64,000 bases of DNA from the human T2T-CHM13v2.0 reference genome, Homo sapiens. The position numbers were made by a program, and so were the translations under genes. Each line of letters opens with the position of its first letter. Positions within the stretch are counted from its first letter, which is position 1. The stretch is from NCBI RefSeq assembly GCF_009914755.1, contig NC_060925.1; one strand, written 5' to 3'. Below the pieces are notes generated by a model. It did not search any database, had not been told where the DNA came from, and worked only from the letters and a program-made list of their open reading frames with translations. Shown here in pieces: positions 1-13,283 of this stretch.

Positions 1-507
1 CCTATTCAAGACCCACCTCAATTCTGCCACTTTCATGAGTTCCTCTCTGCTTCTCTAACCAGAGTCATCTCCTCTCAACTCTGCACTTTCCTCATACGTT
101 CCATAGGATACTTGGCAAAGCTGGCCTTACATTACTGATTTACACATGCACCTGACTCCCCAGCTAGACAGGGTGCTCCTCCAGGGCCAGGTCTAATTTA
201 CCTTTGTGTTTCCCCAGAGTACCTGCAATGATGCTTGGCATGGTTTATCCCACAGGGCCAGAGAGTTGCTAAAGTCTATCACATGTCATATTTAATATTT
301 ATCAAATGAATGAATAAATGAATGCTTGAAAGGAAGGAGGAAGGGAGAGTGGAATGGACCCCCTGAGGGAAGACAGGACAAAACAATCTCCTTCGGTTCT
401 CTAGGCCTCATCTAATGCAGGCATCAGAGCAGGCTGGGGCCTTGCAGCAAAGCAAGAAGAGAGGTGGGGTTGGCATACTTTTATCAGCCCTGCACAATGT
501 GTTCCAG

Positions 508-839
508 AACCCACAGCTGGCCACACGCTATACTCTGTGCTCTCCCAAGGATATGAGAAGCTGGACACTCCCCTCAGGCCTGCCAGGCAACAGCCTACAC
601 CCACCTCAGACAGCAGCTCTGACAGCAACCTCACAACTGAGGAGGATGAGGACAGGCCTGAGGTGCACAAGCCCATCAGTGGAAGATATGAGGTATTTGA
701 CCAGGTCACTCAGGAGGGCGCTGGACATGACCCAGCCCCTGAGGGCCAAGCAGACTATGATCCCGTCACTCCATATGTCACGGAAGTTGAGTCTGTGGTT
801 GGAGAGAACACCATGTATGCACAAGTGTTCAACTTACAG
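508..839 (+). CDS. LY9: LY9 (SLAMF3/CD229) cytoplasmic-tail exon: EPTAGHTLYSVLSQGYEKL...ENTMYAQVFNLQ
   Basis: ttccAG acceptor ends at 507; CAG|GTGAGC donor at 839/840; translation matches the known LY9 tail with YEKL and the ITSM TMYAQV. Confidence 0.95.
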
Positions 840-1223
840 GTGAGCCCTTCTGATCAATACACCTTCCTCCTCCTCCCATGTCTAGCGGCATCTGAGATCC
901 TGGATGACTAGTTCCTCCAAACTGGGGGCTGGGGCCTGGAAACAGGACTAGGGGCATACGGGCAGGGACTCATGGCTGTGTCCATGTTTACCAAACCTTG
1001 GGATCCTGTGGAACGAGGGACTTGTCCCTCAGCTCTCATTCTTGGGCCACTAATAAGGAAGGTGTTGGAGAACCAGAGGCACCGTCCCCACTGCACTAAG
1101 GCAGCTCCCACCCTGTGTGTGAGATGGGAAGCCAGGGGGTATCCCCTCTCCTCAAGGGTTGAGGGTAAAACTGAAAAGCTCTCATGTGGTCACTAGGGCT
1201 CATCTGCTGTTGGTGTGTTACAG

Positions 1224-1292
1224 GGAAAGACCCCAGTTTCTCAGAAGGAAGAGAGCTCAGCCACAATCTACTGCTCCATACGGAAACCTCAG
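1224..1292 (+). CDS. LY9: LY9 penultimate exon GKTPVSQKEESSATIYCSIRKPQ (ITSM TIYCSI)
   Basis: ttacAG acceptor ends at 1223; donor CAG|GTGGTG at 1292 (alternative GTG|GTGAGA at 1295); in frame with flanking exons. Confidence 0.93.
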
Positions 1293-1741
1293 GTGGTGAG
1301 AACTACATTCTCTGTATCCCAAGGCCCACAGAGTGAGGAACTATTCCTTAGACCCTTTGAACTGAAAATCCGAGATTCCCATGGCTAAGGATCTTAAATT
1401 CTACCCACTATGCACCCCTCAGATACATTCCATGGTCAACAGAGATGCATAAACAAATATTCCTGACATCTGTGTGACCAAAGGCTGAACATTTCTAATT
1501 GATTTAATAATATCTTATGTTGGTTATTTTTAACACTGACCTGAATGACAGCTTATACACTCAAACAAGGTAGGGTCTTTATAGCTTTTTAAATCTATCT
1601 CTAACCCTAATCCTAATCTACCTAAATGACAACTTCTCAAAACCATTGAAAATTAGCTAACAATTTAACAACAAGAATTTTTGGAAAATACACCACCACC
1701 TACAGTACATTAGTTTTATTCTAGTGTTTAAAAAAATCCCA

Positions 1742-2266
1742 GCCGGGCGCGGTGGCTCATACCTGTAATCCCAGCACTTTGGGAGGCCAAGGCGGGTGGA
1801 TCACAAAGTCAGGAGATGGAGACCATCCTGGCTAACATGGTGAAACTCCGTCTCTACTAAAAATACAAAAAAAATTAGCCAGGCGTGGTGGCAGGCGCCT
1901 GTAGTTCCAACTACTCAGAGACTGAGGCAGGAGAATGGCGTGAACCCAGGAGGCAGAGCTTACAGTGAGCCAAGTTCGTGCCACTGCACTCCAGCCTGGG
2001 CAACAGAACAAGACTCCATCTCAAAAAAAAAAAAAAAAAAAAAATTCCCAGCCTGGGCAACATGGTGAAACCCTGTCTTTATAAAAAGTTCAAAAAAAAT
2101 TACCCAGGCCTGTGGTGGTACACACCTGTAGTCCCAGCTACTTAGGACACTTAAGTGGGAGGACCGCTTGAGCCGGGGAGTTCAAGGCTGCAGTGAGCCA
2201 AGATCATGCCACTGAAATCTAGCCTGGGTGACAGAGTGAGACCATGTCTTAAAAAAAAAAAAAAAT
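1742..2266 (+). mobile_element. Full-length young Alu (AluY-like, ~1742-2043) followed by an older partial Alu (~2047-2266)
   Basis: GCCGGGCGCGGTGGCTCA start, two arms and a long A tail; then a diverged Alu fragment with its own A tail. Confidence 0.9.
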
Positions 2267-2634
2267 CCCTTACAGGTAGAATTTATCATTAAATAATCAT
2301 AATGATAATAATAACTGACTTGCTTTTATATGAAGTTTTGCAGTTACAATACCTTGATACACATTCTTCTTTGATCTTTGTAATACTTCTAGAAAAGTGT
2401 TGTCATCCACATTTTATAGCCAAAGAAACAGATTCAAGGAAGTTAATTTTGCCTAAGGTGACAAAGATAGTACTTGGAAGTTCCAGTATTAAGAACCATG
2501 AGGCGTTTTAAGATCATCCTGAGTAATCTTAAATAATTCACCTTGATCTGGCTGTCCATTTCATTTTCACTTTCCTGAAAACATCGTGTCCATTCATACT
2601 TTTGCTTTCAAATCTCCCCCAAATTCCCTCCCTA

Positions 2635-3460
<826 letters not shown>

Positions 3461-3596
3461 CTTATGCCTGGTGTTCCATTATTGGAACACTAAGCGTGTA
3501 GGAGTTATTTATATTCTACTGCTCAAGATCATCACCAGGGTCTGATTTTTCACTCATGCACAAATTCAAAAAATTGCAACCTCCTGCGTAAATGGG
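3461..3596 (+). mobile_element. MER85 (PGBD3-derived piggyBac MITE)
   Basis: TTATGCCT-GTGTTCCATTATTGGAAC...AAATTCAAAAAATTGCAACCTC...AAATGGG followed by TTAA (3597-3600). Confidence 0.88.
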
Positions 3597-4790
3597 TTAA
3601 AGTTACTTGACTACTTAATAAATTGTATGCACAGTTCCTAAGGGTTTTTCAGAAGCTGAAGGTGGGGGATATCACTGCACTGTGGTAAAGAGGAAACACA
3701 TCATGAAAAAGGAATTTGGGTTGGGCCTTAAAAGATGGATAGAATTTGCTCAGTAAACACTTGTTGGGATGTGTGGTTTGGTTCAACCATCATCCATCTC
3801 ATCCTGACTTCTAGACAGTAGTCTAATGCTTAGCCAGCTAGAGACTTTGCCTTGGAACCTAAGGCCAAATCTGTGCTGTTCACTGCATTCCCAGAGCTGC
3901 TTTCTACTCTGGCCTGGCCCTTTGTGTTTGGGTCAATACCGGTCAAACTTAAAGTCAGTCCCTGCTCTGAGTTTCAGAATGACCACCACATGTCTGGTCA
4001 GTCCTGCAAGGCACACACACTACCCTGGAGACTGAGACCCCTGAAACCACCTCACTTACAGTGTAAGTTGAAATCATTGCATTTCCTGAGCCAAACTCTT
4101 GACAACTATATCTTTTGTCTTCAGAATTGTCAGGACCAGGAATTCTGGTTTTGGATCTCTGAAGGCCATTATTGCCTACTTGATCTGGAAATTCTCAAAC
4201 CTACTTTAGTTCTTATTTCTGATATACCTCTCTGTACAACATCTCAAAGGTTTATGCTATCCCCAAGCTGTTGCTGGTACCCAACCTCCCGCTCCTCTGG
4301 GTCAGCACAGAGCTTATCTGCTCTTTAGAGCCTTCCCTGAACACTCTCAGACAGGGAAGCCTAAGAACCCTTGGGAACAGCTTGGGGACTAATGGTCTGG
4401 ACCATTACTTTGGAACTTAACCTCTGCCATCTAAATTATCTTCTTATAAATGTTCGTTTTGTTTCTCCAGCTAGGGCAGAGATTGGAATCATTTGACAGT
4501 AGCTTCGTGAGGGCAAGCCCCTTCATTGTCATTTTTTTATCCCCTGGATTTGCTGCACTAAACTGTCTTGTGTTGTCCTTGCAGAGAGTCCAGCCCACAG
4601 CCTTTCCTATTAGGAGCCTCCATAAATGCTTGGCATCAGGCTGGTTGATTGCGCCATCCCTGGGCCAGCACATATGACTCTACTTCTGTAGGATGGACCA
4701 GTCATAGCCTGGCCTTGCCTTCCTCTTTCATCAGCCTCACTCTTCCAAGGCTTTATTAACCATATTCTTTTGTGGATTTTTGGCTCACAG

Positions 4791-4859
4791 GTGGTGCCAC
4801 CACCACAACAGAATGATCTTGAGATTCCTGAAAGTCCTACCTATGAAAATTTCACCTGA
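4791..4859 (+). CDS. LY9: LY9 last coding exon VVPPPQQNDLEIPESPTYENFT*
   Basis: cacAG acceptor ends at 4790; TGA at 4857-4859; C-terminal YENF (Grb2-type YxN) motif. Confidence 0.95.
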   Translation: MVPPPQQNDLEIPESPTYENFT

Positions 4860-5279
4860 AAGGAAAAGCAGCTGCTGCCTCTCTCCTGGGACCGTGGGGT
4901 TGGAAAGTCAGCTGGACCTCATGGGGCCTGGGGCTCACAGACAGAAGCACCTCAGAATTTCCTTCAGTGCCTCAGAGATGCCTGGATGTGGCCCCTCCCC
5001 CTCCTTCTCACCCTTAAGGACTCCCAAACCCATTAATAGTTCAGACACAGGCTCCTTCTTGGAGCCTATGGGCTTCAGATGTCTTTGCCCCATTTGTCAC
5101 CTCGCACACTTATAGCGTTTCCTCCTCGAAATTCTACCAAGACTGGTCAAATGTTGCTGAGGGGCCTGGACCAGCTGTCCTTTACACCACCTTCTCAACA
5201 CTGCTGAAAAGAACCCAAGAGAATTGTCACACATGACACAAGATGTACATAATATCATGCTCACTGCAGTGTTATTTAA

Positions 5280-5285
5280 AATAAA
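5280..5285 (+). terminator. LY9: LY9 polyadenylation signal AATAAA
   Basis: AATAAA about 420 nt downstream of the LY9 stop. Confidence 0.75.
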
Positions 5286-5477
5286 AGGCAGGAAATAACC
5301 TAAATGTCCATTCATTCAGTGAGAATCCAGTTACATATATGATTATATACCCATGCAACGGCAAACCCTGCCGCTTGGAAAGCAAGCAAGGACTAATAGG
5401 TGCTAATATGGAATGGGCTCTAAGATACATTATGGAGTGGAAAAAACAAAGTTCAGGACCATGTGCATTGTATGCTA

Positions 5478-5797
<320 letters not shown>

Positions 5798-5808
<11 letters not shown>

Positions 5809-5888
5809 GAAGAAAGAAAGAAGAAAGAGAGAAAGAAAGAGAGAAAGGAAAGAAAGGAAAGGAAAGAAAGAAAGGAAGGAAGGAAGGA

Positions 5889-5948
<60 letters not shown>

Positions 5949-5982
5949 AAAGAAAGAAAGAAAAAGAAAAGAAAAGAAAAAA
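5798..5982 (+). repeat. (GAAA)n/(GGAA)n compound polypurine microsatellite
   Basis: ~185 nt containing only A and G. Confidence 0.97.
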
Positions 5983-7215
5983 TGTAAGTCTACATGCTTA
6001 CATAGGCATAGAAAAGCTATGGAAAGAAATACAAAAAACATTAGTGGCTGCCTCTGGGGAGGAACTGGGAATCTCAAGTTGGGAAAGAGACATTTTTTAC
6101 TGCACAATTTTTTGTACTGCTGGATTTTTTTAAAACCATATGTGTGTATTACTTCTTTGCTATTTTGTAAAGGTGCTTAAAATGCCTGTTTCAAATAAGC
6201 CTCCCATATTTACCCAAAAGAACTTCCCTTCTTATTGTCCAGTCTGGACACAGAATACCCACAGTATCTCTCCCTAAGACTGTGGCCACAGCCCTCTCCT
6301 CTGCCTGTAAGATGCACTATACTTGACTTATATTCGTGATACTCTAGTGTACATTTCTGTTACCATCACCTTGCAGCCCATCTAGGTCCTTTAATTGTGT
6401 GCTGCCTCTGTCATGCTCTCCTGCACATGATCCTGAACTCAGTATGGCTTCTGTCACCTGCAGTGGGTACTCCCAGGAGTTCAGGCAGTGCTTCATACAC
6501 AGCAGGAGCTTAATTACTGCTTGTTCATTGACTGGCTTGTTGCATGGATAATTATCTTTGTGAGGCATTGTCACGGAAGCTCAACAATCAGACACATAAC
6601 ATGATGACCTTGTACATCTTTCTTTCTAGAATACAGCATCCTCAAAAGCCCTGACCCCATAGGGTCTCTTCTGCTCCTTAAATAAATCTGGCCAGTTCAA
6701 GATCTATGCAGGACACATGAAAGGCCAGCAGCAGTCAATGGTCAGAGTCCCTGGTGTTCATCTGGACTGTTTCTGAACCCCGTCATTTCCTGCTGCCTCT
6801 ACTCACTAAACTCCTTGACTCTGCAACTCAACTCCCAGTACCTGCCTTGGACCCCCAGGCTCTTTCTGAATATATTTGCCTGGTTTTTAAGCTTCTCACT
6901 TGCTTTAAGATGTGGTCTGTTCACACTTCTCTCCAGGAGGAAACCAGCCTGGCCAGCAGCACAGTCTCAGGGGAAAGGGATCCTGCAGGATGTGACCAAG
7001 TGAGTGCCTTGGCTCTCCTTCACAAGATGGAATAGCCCCTAGTGTCTAGTTCTCTGCTGTCCCAGTGTGAACAGGGCTGAAGGACACTGCCAGCTCACCA
7101 GGAAGTCAGACCCTCTACAGCAGTGTTCAAACAGACATGTGTTTGTTGATGGCCCACAAGTGCCCTTCGGCTGCTATAGAGAATAAAAATGCAGGGTATG
7201 GAGAGGATACATAAA

Positions 7216-7221
7216 TTTAAT
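7216..7221 (-). terminator. CD244: Probable CD244 polyadenylation signal ATTAAA
   Basis: TTTAAT on + strand, ~1.17 kb past the stop codon; U-rich sequence follows on the - strand. Confidence 0.6.
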
Positions 7222-8385
7222 TCAGGCAAGGAATTCAGACTGCATCTGCATGATATCACCGTTTTATATGAAACTCCTATGTTAGATACAGGGTAGGAAA
7301 ATTGAAGAACCAGGCTTTGTGCAGTATCACCTGTTGGGGTCTCTGAGTAAGTCCTCTCCCAGTTCACCCTTGTCGCTTTCCTGGGCTCAGCCAGAGTCAC
7401 AGCCCTGCTCCCCACAGCCTTGTTGAAATGTCTGGCCTGACGACTCAGGGAACCCAGCATAGTGTCTAGATTCCAACTGCCTCATTCTCAGCCCTCAGCT
7501 GCCTGAGCCCTCCCTTCAATGTGCATCCTGGGGAACACTCATCAGGACTCAGAACTTAAATAGAACATGGTTTCTGAGAGGCCTCTTCCTCTGGGAAGCC
7601 ACTTCTATGAAGAAGCCAAATGGATTTCTAACAATGCGTCTTCATAAATCAAACATCATACCATGGACAAAGCTGGTCTCAACACCCCAGTTATCAGGTC
7701 AGCATGTGCTCTGGGTGATTTTTCTACTTAGAGATGGGCTTGCTTTGCACCATCTACTCTCCCTTCAGCCCACTCCCCCTGGTGGCCAACTGGCCAGAGG
7801 TAAAGGTATGAGATGCAGGGAGAAAGTTTTTTCTCTGCAATTGAGTAAAGCCCAGGCCCTGGCCCCCACCCACGTGCAGAACCTGCCAGCCAGTTCACAG
7901 CCGGACAGTCCAGGCTTTCAGAGGAGGGCTGTTTCTTCTTCCCCTGAGTCACCATTATCATTCCTTCCTCTTGCTTTGGAAGATGGGCCTGGGCCGGCGA
8001 GAGTCTAGAAATGCAGTCAACCCAGAGAGGGGAGAAAAGGAAACAAGTGACAGCTTGAAAATCAGGTGGAGGGAATCTCGATGCTAATAACATCACTTAC
8101 ATAACACTTTCTAGATTACAAATACTTGGAATGTGGCCTTTTGTGAACAACCTAACCCCTCCACCCATTCATGTCTGATCTGTAAATTGGAAGATATTAT
8201 TTAACAGCCTTGCTCTTATCATGGTTGTTAGACATCATTTTCAAAACAAAATATAGAACAAGAACAAATTTCCATATCCTCTCCAGACTAGGAACTGTTC
8301 TATAGAGACTCCTGTGCCGTCATCCACTGTGCCAATTCCCAAAGCAGATGCTGATGTGCAAGAAAGGTGAGAATTGCTGCAGCAA

Positions 8386-8466
8386 CTAGGAATAAACATC
8401 AAAGTTCTCCAGCTCTTTGCGGCTCAATCGAGCAGGGTTCTGGGCTTTAGGTTGACTCTTTCCAAT
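8386..8466 (-). CDS. CD244: CD244 exon 9 coding part IGKSQPKAQNPARLSRKELENFDVYS*
   Basis: cttttcttttgcAG acceptor; TAG at 8388-8386. Confidence 0.96.
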   Translation of the reverse strand: MGKSQPKAQNPARLSRKELENFDVYS

Positions 8467-9557
8467 CTGCAAAAGAAAAGGAGAAACTTCAGACCCTTGC
8501 ACTGGGAGGTCCTTATCACAATCCTGTGAGGTATGACTTGCCATCCCCATTTTACAGATTTAAAAAATGAAGCTCAGAGTGACAAAACAAATTACTCAGG
8601 ATCCACGACTAGTGTGAAGTGCAGGAGGGACTTGAATCTAGTTCTTCTGGCTCCAATTCCAGTACTCTCTTAACCACATATGCTTTTTCATGACCTCACA
8701 AGCTACCTGGGTCTACACAGTGCCCTCTATGACCCTGGGATGTCCAGTTGGCTTTAATGTTGGGTGATAGCTGAAGTGCCAGGAATTCCAGCAGGCAGCC
8801 ACCCATCCCTCCCTTCTGACCAATGGCAGCATCTTTATTGGACCACAGGTGGGGAGGCTCAGGTGTAGTATGAGGCTAATGGGTAGTGGGGGAGGTTGGG
8901 GGATGCTCTCCATGCCTTAATTTCTCTGAGTATAAATGGAAAGTATAATTATACCTATCTTGTAGCATTCTGTGAGGACTAAATAAAATAATCCATGTGA
9001 AGACACTGGCAGGCTACCTTATCCATAATAAACCCCCAAGAAATGTTGAGTCCCTCCTTTCCAGTCCCTAAATGCTCTGATGGGAATCAATTCAACCACC
9101 AGGCTCAGTGGTCATCTCTGAACAGTGTTGACCCCTGAAGAAGATTAAGCTCACCTATGTCCTGGAATGGCTCCCAAAGACTTGCTAATTTTAGAAAATC
9201 ATTTAGAGTCCTTTATCTTCCCCTCTCTGACCCCTCCTCCGAACACTCTTGGAAAGGAGAGATGTCCAGTTTGTGGCCCACAGCCTGGGAACTAGCTCGG
9301 GGACGGCCCTAATTTAAAACCCAAGCTGCCCAGTAAGTATCATATCTAAACACGCAATATGATCTTGGGTCAGACCCTCACTCTCCTTGGGCTTCAGTGT
9401 CTTCATCTCTAAAACAAAGACTTGCATTAGAAGATCTCTAAATTCCCTACAACTCTGAGACTGTGTGAATGATCTTTTCCTAAGTGTACCCTTTCATGGC
9501 TAGATTTCAGGGCTATGCAACAGACAGTAAACCCATTGAGGAGTTCCAGAATCTTAC

Positions 9558-9614
9558 CACTTCATAGATAGTGCTATTGAAGGAAGGGCTGTGGTTCCTC
9601 TTCCTGGATCCAGA
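9558..9614 (-). CDS. CD244: CD244 exon 8 SGSRKRNHSPSFNSTIYEV
   Basis: ttctAG / GTAAGA sites; 57 nt, phase 0. Confidence 0.95.
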
Positions 9615-9892
9615 CTAGAAATTCAGAAGGTAAAGAATACTTAACTTCGAGATAAGTGCTCTCCCACTCCTAAGTGATGTGAGAGGTCCCAAAAGAGACT
9701 CAGGGCCCAGAAAAATTCTGAGGCACTCTCAGCCAGAAAATGAATAGAATCTGTCACCCTAGGAGCAAAACAATGGTGTTTATGGTCTCCAGGGAAGACA
9801 CAATATATACAGTATTTGCCTATAATATGATATTTCTGAACCAAAATCAGAATTTGCTGTTCCATACCCACATACACCTAAAACCCATACAC

Positions 9893-9897
9893 ATATA

Positions 9898-9933
<36 letters not shown>

Positions 9934-10020
9934 CACACACATATATACATATTTGTGTATATATATACACACACACATTCCCAGAGCACACACACATACA
10001 CATACACATACACACATATC
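9893..10020. repeat. Compound (TG)n(TA)n(CA)n microsatellite in CD244 intron 7
   Basis: Alternating purine-pyrimidine run seen directly. Confidence 0.95.
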
Positions 10021-11079
10021 CCTCAGGCAATCCTAATGCAAATACTGCCCCAAACCATGTATCTCTTCAACGCATGCATACACACACCCTTAATGTAAAC
10101 AATCCAGGCATATAAATAATTGCCAACCCAAGGACACTAGAATTCAGAGGCACATTCAGTAGCATATAGAGTTTACATACACCAAAGCAGGTGAACATGG
10201 TGCCTGTGAACATCTATATGGCCTTATATTGTAGCATATAATTAAAAACAAATCTCTCTCACGATGGGATCCAAGTAGGTTGAATGGCTTATTGGAAGGA
10301 GGTTGAATGAAAAGTCTGAAAATCTGTCCTAAACCCCTTCAAACCTGTGGTCCCTGACCTGCATGGACTTCCACAGTTGTGTGGACTCCCAAATTCCCAT
10401 ACTACCATGTTAAGGCTTTCTGGCTTCACACTGTGGCTCCAGCCTTGGGAACACCACTCTTCCCATCCCCTTCCATACAAGAGAAAAACAATGACCATGT
10501 GTACCAGGATACCCAACTCTGTTTCCAAGTACACAAGAGAGCTACGAACTCAGCTTGGAGAAGGATTTCAGTGCAAAAGGATGGGTTGCCTCAGTCCAGA
10601 GGCCTCCACCAGCAGGTGACTGACTGGCCAGGACCTTTCTCTGGTCTCTGAAGGTCAAGATTGTGTCTCTCTAGATCCAGTCTACTCCTCCAGCTCCAGG
10701 CAATATGCCCTGCCTTGCAAACCCCTCCAGTATCTCTCACCATAGCCTCAGCTGACCTACTAAGTACCCCGTAGTCTCTCTGTGCAAAGCACCTCCTTTC
10801 TGTCTCTGACTGTCCTTTACCTCCCACAGAAACTCCCAAAAACTCATCTAGTCTACTGTTCTCTTAGTCTAGAAGCTGTTATTTTTCTCCAGACAGAACC
10901 AGTAAGGCATTTCTCATTGGCCCATTGACATTTAAATACAGTCATTTAACAGAAGCTACTCAGATACACACAATAAAGAACAACTTGCCAGGATGTGCAC
11001 ACACACTCTCACTGCAAACACATGCAAAATACACATCTACGTCAACAACACCCCACCACCACCACGGGAAGAGGCTCAC

Positions 11080-11145
11080 CTTCCTGGAAGGCTGAATTAA
11101 TGAATATAATGTATATGCAGGTTCTTGTGACGTGGGAGCAGAAGA
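11080..11145 (-). CDS. CD244: CD244 exon 7 SSAPTSQEPAYTLYSLIQPSRK
   Basis: cattAG / GTGAGC sites; 66 nt, phase 0; ITSM TLYSLI. Confidence 0.95.
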
Positions 11146-11377
11146 CTAATGAGAAGAGAAATAAAATCATTTCAGAAGCACAGATCCAGCACAATCTTAC
11201 AAAGGTTATCTCTTCCGTTTCTCCTCCTCAACCCTGCCCAGATGGAAGCTTCAAGTGTTAGTGAAAAGAGCCCTGGACTAGCCAGGAGGTCAGACAACCT
11301 GAGTGCTAGTCTCGCTCTGTCATTAATGAAAGCTTCTATTTGTTGAGCATTTATCTTATACATGTATTCTCCTCTAA

Positions 11378-11773
<396 letters not shown>

Positions 11774-12494
11774 TCAGGCAGTGCGTACACAGTAGAAGCA
11801 GAATTCAAACCCAAGACTCTCCAGGGCTCTTTCCTCAACACCTCAATGCCTCCCTTTGGCAACTTGCCTCCCTTCCCTGGACTGGAACCAGGTGTCCTCT
11901 AAATCAGGTAAACATTCTCCTTTTAAGATGCTCCAGAGGAGGACTGTCATTCTCACCCAACACCATAGTTTGAGGGGACCTCTTTCTTGCACTGATAGAA
12001 ATTCCTCTCATTGGAGTTCAATGTGGCTGAAACTAGAGAACTGGCAGATATCAACCGCTCTTATAATCAGATTTTCTTTGCCCCACAGCTCAGCCACCAA
12101 ACTGAAGATGGTGCTCAATTTTTTTTTTCTTTTTTTTAAAGCCATTTTTATCAGAAAGTCTTTTATTACTGGGCACCAGGAGGCAGTGTTTCCCTTGGGA
12201 GAGATGTCCCAGCCTGGGTTATCAATGTCATTTTAGCCATCAGTATTAAAGGATGCTTCTCCAGTTTATGAGTGAATTTCTGTAATCCCAGAATATAAGA
12301 GGTGGAGTATGAGGAGGTGCAATGGAGACTCAGAAACCCTTTGGCTCAGCTCTGCCACTACCTAGCTATGTAGCCTTGAGATATCAGTTGACCTGAGTCT
12401 CGGTTTCCTCATTGTGATATGGAATGTAGACCACATCTAAAGTATTAGAACTATTTTCATGAGGCTGTTATGTGAGATTTAGTAAGAAAATACA

Positions 12495-12760
12495 GCTGGG
12501 TGCAGTGGTACACACCTGCAGACCTAGCTACCCAGGAGGCTGAGGTGGGAGGATCACTTGAGGCCGGGAATTCAAGGCTTCAGTAAGCTATGATTCTACC
12601 ATTGCACTCAGCCTGGTAGACAGAATGAGATCCTGTCTCATAACGGGTATACCAAAAATCTCACAAATCACCACTAAAGAACTGACTCATGACACCAAAT
12701 GCCACCTGTTCCCAAAAAAACCTATGGAAATAAAAAATAAATAAAGAGACCCTGTCTCTA
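12495..12760 (+). mobile_element. FLAM/Alu monomer interrupted by a ~105-nt L1 3'-end fragment (12640-12745)
   Basis: L1PB-like 3' end AAATCACCACTAAAGAAC...CCTATGGAAATAAAAAATAAA flanked by near-identical GAGAtCCTGTCTC / GAGAcCCTGTCTC (12627-12639, 12746-12758). Confidence 0.75.
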
Positions 12761-13223
12761 AACAATAAAATTGTTTTAAAAGAAAAGAAAATGGACATTA
12801 TTGCTAAGTCATAATAAAATAAAAGAGATCAATGCAGATTCATTCTTTCCTGAAAACGAATATAATAGGGAATAGGGATAAAAAGTGCAAGGGCCCCAAG
12901 TATTAGAAGCAGCAGCAGGGCAAGAAAGCAGAAGTTGAGTCCCCTAACCAGGTTTCTGCTCCTATAGACTTTATCTGGGCCAGACCTTCTGCCAGACACG
13001 GAAGAAGAAGGAATGTCCACATCAGGCTTCCCAGCTGTGTTAAGATGCTCTAGTATCACACGGATCTTTTCAAATAATGTGTTAATGCAACTGAAGCCAA
13101 GCTATCTTCTGGATTCTAGAAGCACCAAGATCTTATTCTGCCATTCAATGGTGTGAGTTTCAGGGGGGCATTAGGAAACCCCAGAGATAGGTATGGAATG
13201 GACTAGAGAAACTGGAGAGGTAC

Positions 13224-13283
13224 CTGGGACTGGATCATAGAGTAGATGGTGCTCCCCCCTCCAGGAAAAGTCTGCTCCTGCTC
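13224..13283 (-). CDS. CD244: CD244 exon 6 EQEQTFPGGGSTIYSMIQSQ
   Basis: gtgcAG / GTACCT sites; 60 nt, phase 0; ITSM TIYSMI. Confidence 0.95.

Noticed and set aside
9641-10115. Several ORFs rich in Y/I/H/T/C/V
   Set aside because: They are translations of the dinucleotide microsatellite.
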